Positions 38,823-47,437 of a stretch of 64,000 nucleotides of DNA are shown here, in pieces. A model generated the notes under the pieces. It worked only from the letters and a program-made list of their open reading frames with translations. It was not told where the DNA came from and did no database searches. How positions within the stretch are numbered: the stretch's first letter is position 1; every line of letters starts with the position of its first letter. The DNA lies in NCBI GenBank assembly GCA_963754655.1, contig CAVWGN010000001.1, forward strand, positions 512,001 to 576,000. The letters are read 5' to 3'. The stretch comes from an uncultured Chlamydiae bacterium (GTDB taxonomy: Bacteria > Chlamydiota > Chlamydiia > Chlamydiales > Parachlamydiaceae). The position numbers and the translations under genes are program-made.

Positions 38823-38952
38823 GTCTTTTGATTAAAAGATTTGAAGCGCGATACTTGTTTGGGCAGTGCGATAACTTATATTTACAATCATCTTCTCTAC
38901 CGCCGCTGCCCAAGAACGTTTAAGGCTATCAAATCTTTTTAATCAAAAAGAC
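38823..38952. repeat. Degenerate 130-bp palindromic MITE-like element
   Basis: GTCTTTTGATTAAAAGATTTGA...TCAAATCTTTTTAATCAAAAAGAC with inner TTGGGCAG/CTGCCCAA stem. Confidence 0.65.
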
Positions 38953-39232
38953 TCTATTTACGAGATAAAACTTTTAAAGAAGTGTGTTCTGTTTGAGTTA
39001 AAAAACAAGAATTAAATCTTATTTTGTTTATTATAATAAAACTTATCGCTTTCAAAATCAACAAATTTTCATTTATAAAGTCTTGTTTTTAATCAAGGTG
39101 CTTTACTAAAATATTTGACACTGTCAGCTCTTCCGGCTGATGCAGGGAATTTGAGGTGACAATATTAGATCGGGTCTAAAAGTGCAAGAGTAGATAATAG
39201 TTGTTGAAAAATATACGTGAATAAGCCAAAGT

Positions 39233-39835
39233 ATGCTTATGAAAAACACGTATTCTCCTAAGCATTTTGGTTCTTTGATTGGCCGTACAACAAAAACTTT
39301 GCAGAAGTGGGATCGGGATGGTATTTTGAAAGCTCATCGTTCAATTACCAACCGACGTTATTATACACATGACCAGTATTTGCAAGTCGCTCGGAAGAAA
39401 CCAGTCTCTAAGAAGTTGATTACCTACTGTCGTGTATCAAGCGCCGGACAAAGAAATGATTTAATTTCTCAGAGGAAAGCAATAGAAGCCTTTTGCTTGG
39501 CCGCAGGCAAAGAAGTCCAGGAGAAATTAGAAGATATTGGATCAGGGCTAAATTATAAGAGAAAAAACTTTGTCAAACTCATGGAAATGGTAGAACAAGG
39601 TGAAATATCAGAAATTGTGATTGCACATAAAGATAGGCTTGTTCGCTTTGGCTTTGAGTGGTTTGAGAAATTTTGCCAAGATCATGGGGTAAAAATTGTT
39701 ATCATGAATGCAGATTCATTGTCTCCCGAAGAAGAAATGACAAAAGATTTGCTGTCTATTATTCATTGCTTTTCAAGCAGATTGTATGGACTGCGTAAGT
39801 ATAAGAAGAAAATTATTGAGATGGCAAAAGAGTGA
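39233..39835 (+). CDS. tnpA: IS607 serine-recombinase transposase
   Basis: MerR-like HTH (TLQKWDRDG...RRYY), YCRVSS, DIGSGLNYKR, HKDRLVRFGFE, FSSRLYGLR. Confidence 0.96.
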   Translation: MLMKNTYSPKHFGSLIGRTTKTLQKWDRDGILKAHRSITNRRYYTHDQYLQVARKKPVSKKLITYCRVSSAGQRNDLISQRKAIEAFCLAAGKEVQEKLEDIGSGLNYKRKNFVKLMEMVEQGEISEIVIAHKDRLVRFGFEWFEKFCQDHGVKIVIMNADSLSPEEEMTKDLLSIIHCFSSRLYGLRKYKKKIIEMAKE

Positions 39836-41379
39836 GAACAATTAAACGCAAAGCTTTACCGTTAAACAAAAACAAATTGATTGCAATTCAATTACTTTGC
39901 AAAGCCTATGCAAAAGAAAAAAATTACTGGCTAGATGTTTTAAAGGCATGGAAATACCAATCCCTTCTTGGAGTGCCCCGTAAGATTCGAGATGAATTTA
40001 TCAATCGAAAATATCATTCAAGTTATTGCCTGCAAGCGCGTCATTGGAAGCTTGCTTTGCAAGATGCGGTGGAAACTTGGGACAAGAATTGGAAGTCTCA
40101 GTTTGTCATTATTCGCTCAAAGATTGCCTCTCATTTTAAAAGAGAACAAGAGCGTCATTATGCTTATTGGCTGATTAAAGGTTATTCTCAATTTTCAGCA
40201 ATGATGCAGGGAAAAGTTCCGAAGCCAAGCTTTGAAATCGATGAAAAAAGTTGCAAGAAGATAGCCAGTTATATTCAAAGGCAAGTGAAAAAGCAAAGAC
40301 CAAAAAAAGTTGTTGTTAAAAAGGCTCGTAGCATTAAATTCGATTCTAGTTGTTATACCGTTTTCGAAGAGAATGGATGTCAATATATTAAAATCATGTC
40401 TTTAGAGAAAGGCAAACGCATTGTCATTCCTGTAAAAGGCAAGGGACGCATAGAGGGCAATATCACTTTAGTGATAGATGAAACAGATCTTTTCATCCAT
40501 GTGACAGAAGAAATCGCACCTTTACAGGCTTCTTCTCAAGAGACCATTGAAGCGGTAGATTTTGGGTATAGCGAAGTCATGACTGATACGGAAGGCAAGC
40601 GTTATGGAATTCAATTTGGGAAAATCTTGAGCCGGATCTTGAATCATCGGCACCAAAAAATGCAGAAAAGACACAAACTGCATGCTTATGAGAAAAAACA
40701 ATTTCAGAAATGTTTGAGAAAAACAAACATCAAAAAATATAACCTTGGCAATAAAAAATTGAATAAGGTGAAAAAAAAGGGAAGAAGTTCTTTAGAAAGA
40801 GAAATCAATACAGGGATTAATGGGTTATTAAGAAATAAAAAACCTTGCATTTTGATTACTGAAGATTTATCTCACCTCTTCTCTTATTATCAACCAAAAA
40901 TTGTCAATAGAAGGTTTTCTTCATGGCTGCGGGGAAAGCTTCAAGAAAGAGTTGCATTTAAGGCATTGGCGGAAGGTTTCCGTCATGAGCAGGTCAACCC
41001 AGCTTATGGATCTCAAACTTGTGTTTGTTGCGATTTTGTGGATTCTAAAAATCGCAATAAAGATAAGTTTAAATGTCTCAATTGTGGGCATGAGGACTTA
41101 AGTGATCGGGTTGCCGCAATGAATTATGCAAGAAGATTTGGCGATCAAGAGATCGGGCTGCATGTGCCATACCGCCAAGTGAAAACCATTCTTCTTGATA
41201 GGTTCCATCGCCGATTGGAAACAGGGCAACCTGTGACTGTTCCGGGCAGGACTCTAGAAACCGTAAAAGACATTTGTCCACAAATGTCTTTCGAGATAGA
41301 AAAACTATCACAGCCGGGAGAAATGATTTCGGGGACCAGGCGGTCAATCAGAGAGCGAAACAAAATAAACACGTTTTAA
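39832..41379 (+). CDS. tnpB: RNA-guided endonuclease TnpB (IS607-associated, 515 aa)
   Basis: RuvC AVDFG / TEDLS / SDRVAAMN and Zn ribbon SQTCVCC...FKCLNCG. Confidence 0.92.
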   Translation: MRTIKRKALPLNKNKLIAIQLLCKAYAKEKNYWLDVLKAWKYQSLLGVPRKIRDEFINRKYHSSYCLQARHWKLALQDAVETWDKNWKSQFVIIRSKIASHFKREQERHYAYWLIKGYSQFSAMMQGKVPKPSFEIDEKSCKKIASYIQRQVKKQRPKKVVVKKARSIKFDSSCYTVFEENGCQYIKIMSLEKGKRIVIPVKGKGRIEGNITLVIDETDLFIHVTEEIAPLQASSQETIEAVDFGYSEVMTDTEGKRYGIQFGKILSRILNHRHQKMQKRHKLHAYEKKQFQKCLRKTNIKKYNLGNKKLNKVKKKGRSSLEREINTGINGLLRNKKPCILITEDLSHLFSYYQPKIVNRRFSSWLRGKLQERVAFKALAEGFRHEQVNPAYGSQTCVCCDFVDSKNRNKDKFKCLNCGHEDLSDRVAAMNYARRFGDQEIGLHVPYRQVKTILLDRFHRRLETGQPVTVPGRTLETVKDICPQMSFEIEKLSQPGEMISGTRRSIRERNKINTF

Positions 41380-41825
41380 CACGTTTTTAGGAACAGTCCT
41401 AATACTCCATTACATTAGTTTTTACTTATTGTGACTGCTTCAAAGCCCGGGGTTGGGATGAGATGATTCTCTTGTAGTCCTTCAGACTACATGATGAGGG
41501 CTAATCTAACCCGGGGTTAGGTGTTCATTTTGTGCAAAAAATGAGCTTTATTTTTCACAATAATTGGCATAGTTAAATTGAAGGTCGCATGTTTATGCCG
41601 TCCTTTCAGGACTCGATGTCTTTTTGATAGAACCCAGGCCTCCGCTTCGCTGCGACCTGGGCTGTAACATAACGGCCCTTCAGGCCTTAACAAAAAGATG
41701 ATTTAGGGACTATAGAAGAGGGATTTAAACATCTCTTGTTAAGGCCTGAAGGGCCGTTATGTTACAGCCCAGGTCGCAGCGAAGCGGAGGCCTGGGTTCT
41801 ATCAAAAAGACATCGAGTCCTGAAA

Positions 41826-43287
41826 GGGACAATTGCAGAATTATTTAGCGTGTTATACTGCGATTTTTTTTCTGTCAATTGTACCTGAGATCGAAAAGAA
41901 TCGATTCTAGACGACTAAGTTTTAATGAAAAAAAAACACTTTTATGCAAAACATTCGAATTTTTTGAATTTTTTTAAAAATTGATCTAATTTTGGCAGGG
42001 GGTAACGTAAGAAGATACTGTCAATCTTTGAAATTTAATCGATCTTTAGGAAGTGAATTTCAATAACATCATAGCGGCCGCTGTTAATACTCCAAATAAT
42101 GCATGGCAAGAGACTTTCTGATATCCTCTGTAATATATCCTATGTCCTCCACAATAGTCCTTAAAGAATGCATTAAAGGATTCTTTGGGAAATCGCTCTG
42201 CGTACCTCTTTTCTTCAGCTGTTTTAAAATTTAAAAGAGTTTTTCTTTTTTTCTCTTCCATTTTTGCCTTTTTTTGAGCTGCACTTCGCGAACACTGATC
42301 GATAATTGGTATATGATTAAGGGATCGGCTAAATTCCTTGATTTCTGGATAATCGTAAGCTGCATCCATTAAATCGTACAAATTAGTTACTACCTTGCTT
42401 GTTTTTAGAGATAAAGGAATTGCAACTTCACAGTCATTACACGATGCAGATGTGACAATTGCAGCCAAAGGGACTCCATTATCATCAACATTAGTATGCA
42501 ACTTATAGCCTTTCCAAAAAATGTGAAATCCCTGAGGATTTCTTTTCATGCCTTTGTCACATGCTATAGGAAGATGTTCTACCATTTTTCGAAGATCTGG
42601 TTCATTCAACTGCTGTTGACGTAGATTTGGTTCTCCAGCACTTTTCATTCTTCTTCTTTCTTTGTCTTTTTCTTTTCGACGTGTTTTTGCACATGGTTTT
42701 TTTAATGATTTTTCACGTGCTTCTAAGGGTGTAGAATCTGTTATCACATGTCCTATGATCTCTCCCTTGTAAAATTCTTTAACCAATGCTTGGTGAACCC
42801 TATCCGGAAGGGTTATTTGGCTAAATTCTTTGAAAGCTCTAGAAAATTTAGATTCAGAAGGAATTTTATGATTTGCCTCCCAACCACAAATAATCCTCAA
42901 TTGTTCATCCTGGTTTAGCAGGCGAATAATTTGTTTAGTGTAAGGTTGTTTTAGGACTACTTTTGCGATAAAACTTCTAGCCATTGCGATGCGATCTTTT
43001 GGTGGCCTTCCTAATTTGAAGGATCGCGGAATATGACTTTCAATACGAACAAGTTCCAGAATTGATACTAATTTTTTATACTCAGGGCAGAGTTCATGAG
43101 TTCGTTTGATTAAATCAGGAAAAAGAGTAGACTGTACGTTATTCCACATTTGCGATAATTTTTCTCTGAACATTTTTCGGTTCCTTGTATAGTTTAAGAC
43201 GGTTTTTCTACATCTAGACTATATTAAGGAGCCTTTTTTTGAAAGTGGTAAATTAAAATAATTTATTGTTTATTCTGCAATTGTCCC
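41826..43287 (-). mobile_element. IS5/IS1182-like insertion sequence, 1462 bp
   Basis: Perfect 16-bp TIR GGGACAATTGCAGAAT. 5-bp TSD TGAAA at 41821-41825 and 43288-43292, in the loop of the GTCCTGAAAGGAC hairpin. Confidence 0.93.
42046..43173 (-). CDS. DDE transposase (DDE_Tnp_1-like)
   Basis: Motifs PSESKFSRAF, DSTPLEARE, WKGYKLH, DAAYD, RYAERFPKE. Confidence 0.92.
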   Translation of the reverse strand: MFREKLSQMWNNVQSTLFPDLIKRTHELCPEYKKLVSILELVRIESHIPRSFKLGRPPKDRIAMARSFIAKVVLKQPYTKQIIRLLNQDEQLRIICGWEANHKIPSESKFSRAFKEFSQITLPDRVHQALVKEFYKGEIIGHVITDSTPLEAREKSLKKPCAKTRRKEKDKERRRMKSAGEPNLRQQQLNEPDLRKMVEHLPIACDKGMKRNPQGFHIFWKGYKLHTNVDDNGVPLAAIVTSASCNDCEVAIPLSLKTSKVVTNLYDLMDAAYDYPEIKEFSRSLNHIPIIDQCSRSAAQKKAKMEEKKRKTLLNFKTAEEKRYAERFPKESFNAFFKDYCGGHRIYYRGYQKVSCHALFGVLTAAAMMLLKFTS

Positions 43288-43485
43288 TGAAAGGACGGCA
43301 TAAACATGCGACCTTCAATTTAACTATGCCAATTATTGTGAAAAATAAAGCTCATTTTTTGCACAAAATGAACACCCTAACCCCGGGCTTTCAAGCAGTC
43401 CAATAGGTAAAAACTCATGTAATGGAGTATAGTCTATTAAAACTTCCTCATGCATAAGACGCAAAAACTCAGGTAAACAGCAATA

Positions 43486-44268
43486 CTAAGCGCTTTTGCG
43501 ATGATGGGTTTCTAAACTTTCTTTGAGCATACGCATAATGTCTTTGACATCTGTAAGTTTAGCCTCTTTGTTTTTAGTGGGACGCGGTTTTTTGCCTTTG
43601 ATTTTTTGCTCGATAATTTCTTTTAATTCTTCTGTATAGGTATCATGATATTCTTCAGGATGAAAGTGCGAAGCGAGCTGTTCGATTAACTTTAAAGCCA
43701 TAGTCACTTCTTGAGTGGACATTTTAGCTGATTCTGGAATATGAAGTTGAGTGGGTTTTTTGATTTCAGTATTGTAGCGCAATTGATTCAGAATGAGGAG
43801 GTGATCATGAGGTTTAATGATTCCAATATGGCCACGATTATGGAAAACATAGTGTGCCAGCCCAACTTTCTTCGACTTTTTAAGTGATTCACGCAAGAGA
43901 ACGTAAGCCTTATCAGCCCCCTTGCCAGGCTCTAAATAATAAGGTTTTTCATAATAGATAGAATCGATTTCTTTTTCGTCGACAAAATCTACGATGTCAA
44001 TCGATTTAGTTTTTTTGACATCGGCACGTTTAAAATCTTCATTGACAAGAATCACGTAATCTCCTTTTTGATATTGATAGCCTTTCACAATATCTTCATA
44101 AGGGATTTCTTTCCCATCAGATTTGCAAATGCGAGCATAGCGAATAGGAGAAAGATCTTTTTTATGCAGCATATCAAAGCTTAGGCCATGATCTTGTATT
44201 GCACTATAAAGCTTCATGGGAATATTGATGAGACCAAAACTTAAAGCCCCATTCCAAAGCGCGCGCAT
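43486..44268 (-). CDS. ku: NHEJ DNA end-binding protein Ku
   Basis: MRALWNGALSFGLINIP, IVKGY, YYEKPYYLEP. GGAGG RBS before ATG 44268. Confidence 0.96.
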   Translation of the reverse strand: MRALWNGALSFGLINIPMKLYSAIQDHGLSFDMLHKKDLSPIRYARICKSDGKEIPYEDIVKGYQYQKGDYVILVNEDFKRADVKKTKSIDIVDFVDEKEIDSIYYEKPYYLEPGKGADKAYVLLRESLKKSKKVGLAHYVFHNRGHIGIIKPHDHLLILNQLRYNTEIKKPTQLHIPESAKMSTQEVTMALKLIEQLASHFHPEEYHDTYTEELKEIIEQKIKGKKPRPTKNKEAKLTDVKDIMRMLKESLETHHRKSA

Positions 44269-44332
44269 CGTATACCTCCAAGCTTGTTGAGTAATTCTTA
44301 AATAACAGACTTGGTATGAAAGGTCAAGAATC

Positions 44333-45400
44333 TTAGACACCTTGATCGCGTGTCATATCAAAAACCCATTGGGTTAACAAGGGGAAGTAATGCGCACAGC
44401 GTATGGCTGCTGATCCTAAGGAAGGATTCAAAAAACAGTGGTGCAGACCCTTGCCTAATCTTATTTGGGAAGCGCAACGTCTTTGCCATGCCAACTTAAA
44501 GCCTGCAGGATTATTTTTTGCAGCAAATTCAGCTGCAAGATAGCCGCTGGCAATAGCTAAAGAGAGTCCATTGCCGCAAGCAGGTGGAATAGTGCTAGCT
44601 GCATCTCCAATCCAATAAGTTTGCGGCCACTGAGGCGGAGAACGCATACCGAATTCCGGAACATACGCCTCCATCCAATTCTCAAAAACATTGTGACCTG
44701 AAGAAAGAAGCTGATTTAAAACGGGATGAGAAGCGATCAAGCTTTGTATGAAATCCTGCGAAGAAGGAGCTTGTTGAACCCTTTCTATTTTTGCCAAGCA
44801 AGCTAAATTGGATCGCCCATTTTCAACAGGAGAGAGCCCCAAATAAGCTCCTTTAAAGGAAAAGAGATAGAGAGTAGAATCGAGGTTGAGTTCTGAAAAG
44901 TGAGCTTTAAATCCTATGTAGCGAAAGTGAGGAGCTTGTGCAGAGGAGTGAGAAAGACGACCGGTTGCAATCAATAAGTGCTTAGCAATAATTTTTTCTC
45001 CAGTAGAGAGCAAAAGAGTATGATTGTCTCCTGGAGAAGAGGATGGAAATAGATCTTGGACTTTTGTGTATGTTAAAAGAATAGCTCCTTGCTGTGCAAT
45101 TTGATCAGCCAATTGAGAATCAAGGGTTAAGTGCGATAGACTCCCAGCAGGAGGAGAAAAAGGGAATTGCAGCGCACACGTATGAGTATGCACATGGACT
45201 TGGTTAACAGGAACAGGGTGGATATCCCATTTTTTCAAGATAGACAAACTGGAAGGAGAGAGGAACTCACCGCATACTTTATGAGAGGGATAGCCACCAG
45301 CTTCAATGACAAGGGGTTGGATACCCAGCTCAAGTAGGCGTTTTGCTGCGCATAAGCCCGCTATACCTCCTCCAAGAATAACATAATCAAATTGATTCAT
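44333..45400 (-). CDS. FAD-dependent oxidoreductase (geranylgeranyl reductase/monooxygenase-like)
   Basis: Motifs GGGIAG, HKVCGEFLS, ATGR, IGDAA..IPPACGNG. Confidence 0.88.
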   Translation of the reverse strand: MNQFDYVILGGGIAGLCAAKRLLELGIQPLVIEAGGYPSHKVCGEFLSPSSLSILKKWDIHPVPVNQVHVHTHTCALQFPFSPPAGSLSHLTLDSQLADQIAQQGAILLTYTKVQDLFPSSSPGDNHTLLLSTGEKIIAKHLLIATGRLSHSSAQAPHFRYIGFKAHFSELNLDSTLYLFSFKGAYLGLSPVENGRSNLACLAKIERVQQAPSSQDFIQSLIASHPVLNQLLSSGHNVFENWMEAYVPEFGMRSPPQWPQTYWIGDAASTIPPACGNGLSLAIASGYLAAEFAAKNNPAGFKLAWQRRCASQIRLGKGLHHCFLNPSLGSAAIRCAHYFPLLTQWVFDMTRDQGV

Positions 45401-46103
45401 TATCGTCCGTTGTATGAATTGTTACAATCCAACGGAAAGCCCAATGCCAAGTCACACTGCACTTTCTTTCATCAATGCCAGCGGCCTTTAAAAGGTTCCA
45501 CCATTCTTGACGGGTAAAGGAACGCCGAATTGACAATAATCCATCATGCCAAATCAGGCGATTGCGAAAAAAGATCGGAACAAGAGTTGCAAATCCCACA
45601 GTCGCGAGAGGATGACGGTGTAAATCATTAAGAATCACCGCTTGCTTGGCAATGCGGCAGGCTTGTTGAAGAAAAAAAATGAGCTCTTGATCGGATAAGT
45701 GATGGCAAACTAAAGTTGCCATGATGATGTCAAATTGAGATTTTTCATCCAGTTGAGCTGAAGGAGGAACAAGAAAGTGAATATTGGACAACGAGGGCTG
45801 ATTTTCTTGCAGATGTTCTTGAGCAAACGCAATAGCTTCTTGAGAAATATCAATACCCACAATGTCAGCTTGTGGATAATGAGCAGCAAGACGCAAAGTA
45901 AAAAGCCCTCCTCCGCATCCAACATCTAAGATTGAGGTAGGAGAAGTTGAAAGCTGCTTCAGAGCCCAAAAAGTTGCACTATCTCCCCCCAAAAAACGCC
46001 CAATACGATCAAGTTGATAAAGACAGGCGCGATATTCTTCTCGTGTATAATAAGAAGGCCCTAAATCCATCCATTCTGGCTGATGGGAGCGTTTGCTGAG
46101 CAT
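45387..46103 (-). CDS. SAM-dependent methyltransferase of the type III PKS cluster
   Basis: Motifs RSHQPEWMD, ILDVGCGGG, CHHL, LNDLHR, DGLLSIRRSF. Start ATG 46103 lies 1 bp after the PKS stop. Confidence 0.88.
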   Translation of the reverse strand: MLSKRSHQPEWMDLGPSYYTREEYRACLYQLDRIGRFLGGDSATFWALKQLSTSPTSILDVGCGGGLFTLRLAAHYPQADIVGIDISQEAIAFAQEHLQENQPSLSNIHFLVPPSAQLDEKSQFDIIMATLVCHHLSDQELIFFLQQACRIAKQAVILNDLHRHPLATVGFATLVPIFFRNRLIWHDGLLSIRRSFTRQEWWNLLKAAGIDERKCSVTWHWAFRWIVTIHTTDDNESI

Positions 46104-46104
46104 A

Positions 46105-47208
46105 CTATTGCTTCGATTTTCGAACAGATTGTAATAAAATTCCTTCAGCAGATAGACCTGGTCCAAATCCAATTCCAGCTGTCCAAGGACGTAGATAGGA
46201 ACGACGCGAAAGGCTTTCCAAAACAAATAATAAAGTTGCACTTGACATGTTGCCATAATTCGCAAGCGTTTCCCAGGAAGACTCTGTTTGATCTGACTGC
46301 AACTCTAATGCTCTTTCAACAGCCTGTAAAATTGATTTCCCTCCAGGATGAAGAGCCCAATCACATTGCTCAGCTTGGATTTCATCTCTTAGCAAGCCTT
46401 GGGTAAACTCTTGCATATGACGTCCAATAAGAACAGGAATTGTATGAGATAAACGCATAAGAAAGCCATGATCACTTGCTTCCCAAGACATTTTATCGAG
46501 CGAATTTTTAAATCCAAGAGAATGTGTGCGGATGATTGTCCAAAGAGGGTTTTCATCTTTTCGTGGATTGCCTCCAATAATCGCTGCAGCAGATCCATCG
46601 CTAAAAAGAGAATTAGCCGTTAAGGTTTCAATATTGTCGTCTGCTTGTAAATGGAGTGAACAAAGTTCAGTACACACTAATAAGATGCGAGCATCGGGAT
46701 CTTCTTGAGTAAAAGCACGAGCAACGGATAATCCTTTAAATGCTCCAAAGCATCCCATAAAGTTGATTCCAATGCGATTGACCGTAGAAAGAAGACCTAA
46801 ATTTTGCATTAAATGATATTCAATCCCAGGAGCGATAATACCTGTGCATGAGACAGAAATCACATGCGTAATGCGTTTTCCTTCTCCTCCCCACTTTTCT
46901 AGCACTTGCCGTGCTGCTTTTTCCGCTAGTTCAGGTGCATCCTTTTTATAGCGCAAATTCCGCTCAGTCATTCCAGGAATTGTTTGTGGATATTCAGAAC
47001 CCCAAAATTCCCATTCTTCTCGAGGTTTATGAAAATCACCCGTAACTAAATAACGTTTTTCAATCGCTGAATTTTGATAAATGCGATTAACTTGTTTGGC
47101 TTTTTCTTGATTGAGAGAAAAAATAGCAATAGATTGTTCAGCAAGAGTTTGCTGCTCATAGAGATAAGAAGGAACAACTGCAGATAGAGCAAAAATAGTC
47201 GAATTCAT
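46105..47208 (-). CDS. Type III polyketide synthase (chalcone synthase-like)
   Basis: Catalytic triad motifs FMGC, LHPGG, YGNMSS; also VSCTG, ELCSLH, FGPGL. Confidence 0.95.
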   Translation of the reverse strand: MNSTIFALSAVVPSYLYEQQTLAEQSIAIFSLNQEKAKQVNRIYQNSAIEKRYLVTGDFHKPREEWEFWGSEYPQTIPGMTERNLRYKKDAPELAEKAARQVLEKWGGEGKRITHVISVSCTGIIAPGIEYHLMQNLGLLSTVNRIGINFMGCFGAFKGLSVARAFTQEDPDARILLVCTELCSLHLQADDNIETLTANSLFSDGSAAAIIGGNPRKDENPLWTIIRTHSLGFKNSLDKMSWEASDHGFLMRLSHTIPVLIGRHMQEFTQGLLRDEIQAEQCDWALHPGGKSILQAVERALELQSDQTESSWETLANYGNMSSATLLFVLESLSRRSYLRPWTAGIGFGPGLSAEGILLQSVRKSKQ

Positions 47209-47437
47209 AATTTTTCTATCATATATAATCAAAAATTTATTCGCAAATTTTTAAGATTCAATTTATTTTGACTTGGACAGGAGGTCCCAAATGTTGATTT
47301 TAACTAATAATAATAAATTTAATTAAAATGTAAAAAATTAATTACATATAAATTTAATTATTTAGTTTGAGAAATATTATTATTTGTATTAAGATTCTTT
47401 CTTTTAATAATTTAAGTATGGAAAAGAGGAGTAAAGT

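Larger units (their letters stand above)
39173..41396 (+). mobile_element. IS607-family element (tnpA-tnpB); ends approximate
   Basis: Serine recombinase plus TnpB with GTGA overlap. No TIR or TSD. G-run at the left end. AACACGTTTT direct repeats before ...TTAGGAACAG at the right end. Confidence 0.88.
41515..43382. repeat. Palindromic element family B, copy 3 (spacer inverted; right arm split by an IS)
   Basis: Same arms as 512-916. CCGG on both flanks. Right arm resumes at 43288. Confidence 0.93.
41403..43429. mobile_element. MITE-like palindrome family C, copy 1, containing B copy 3 and an IS
   Basis: Arms TACTCCATTACATTAGTTTTTAC...AAAGCCCGGGGTT / AACCCCGGGCTTT...AAAACTCATGTAATGGAGTA. Relative at 53007-53149. 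Confidence 0.8.

Noticed and set aside
46104..46265. Long N-terminal extensions of the methyltransferase (to 46265), ku (to 44340) and dsbD (from 9515)
   Set aside because: They overlap upstream genes or lack an RBS. Downstream ATGs give family-typical starts.
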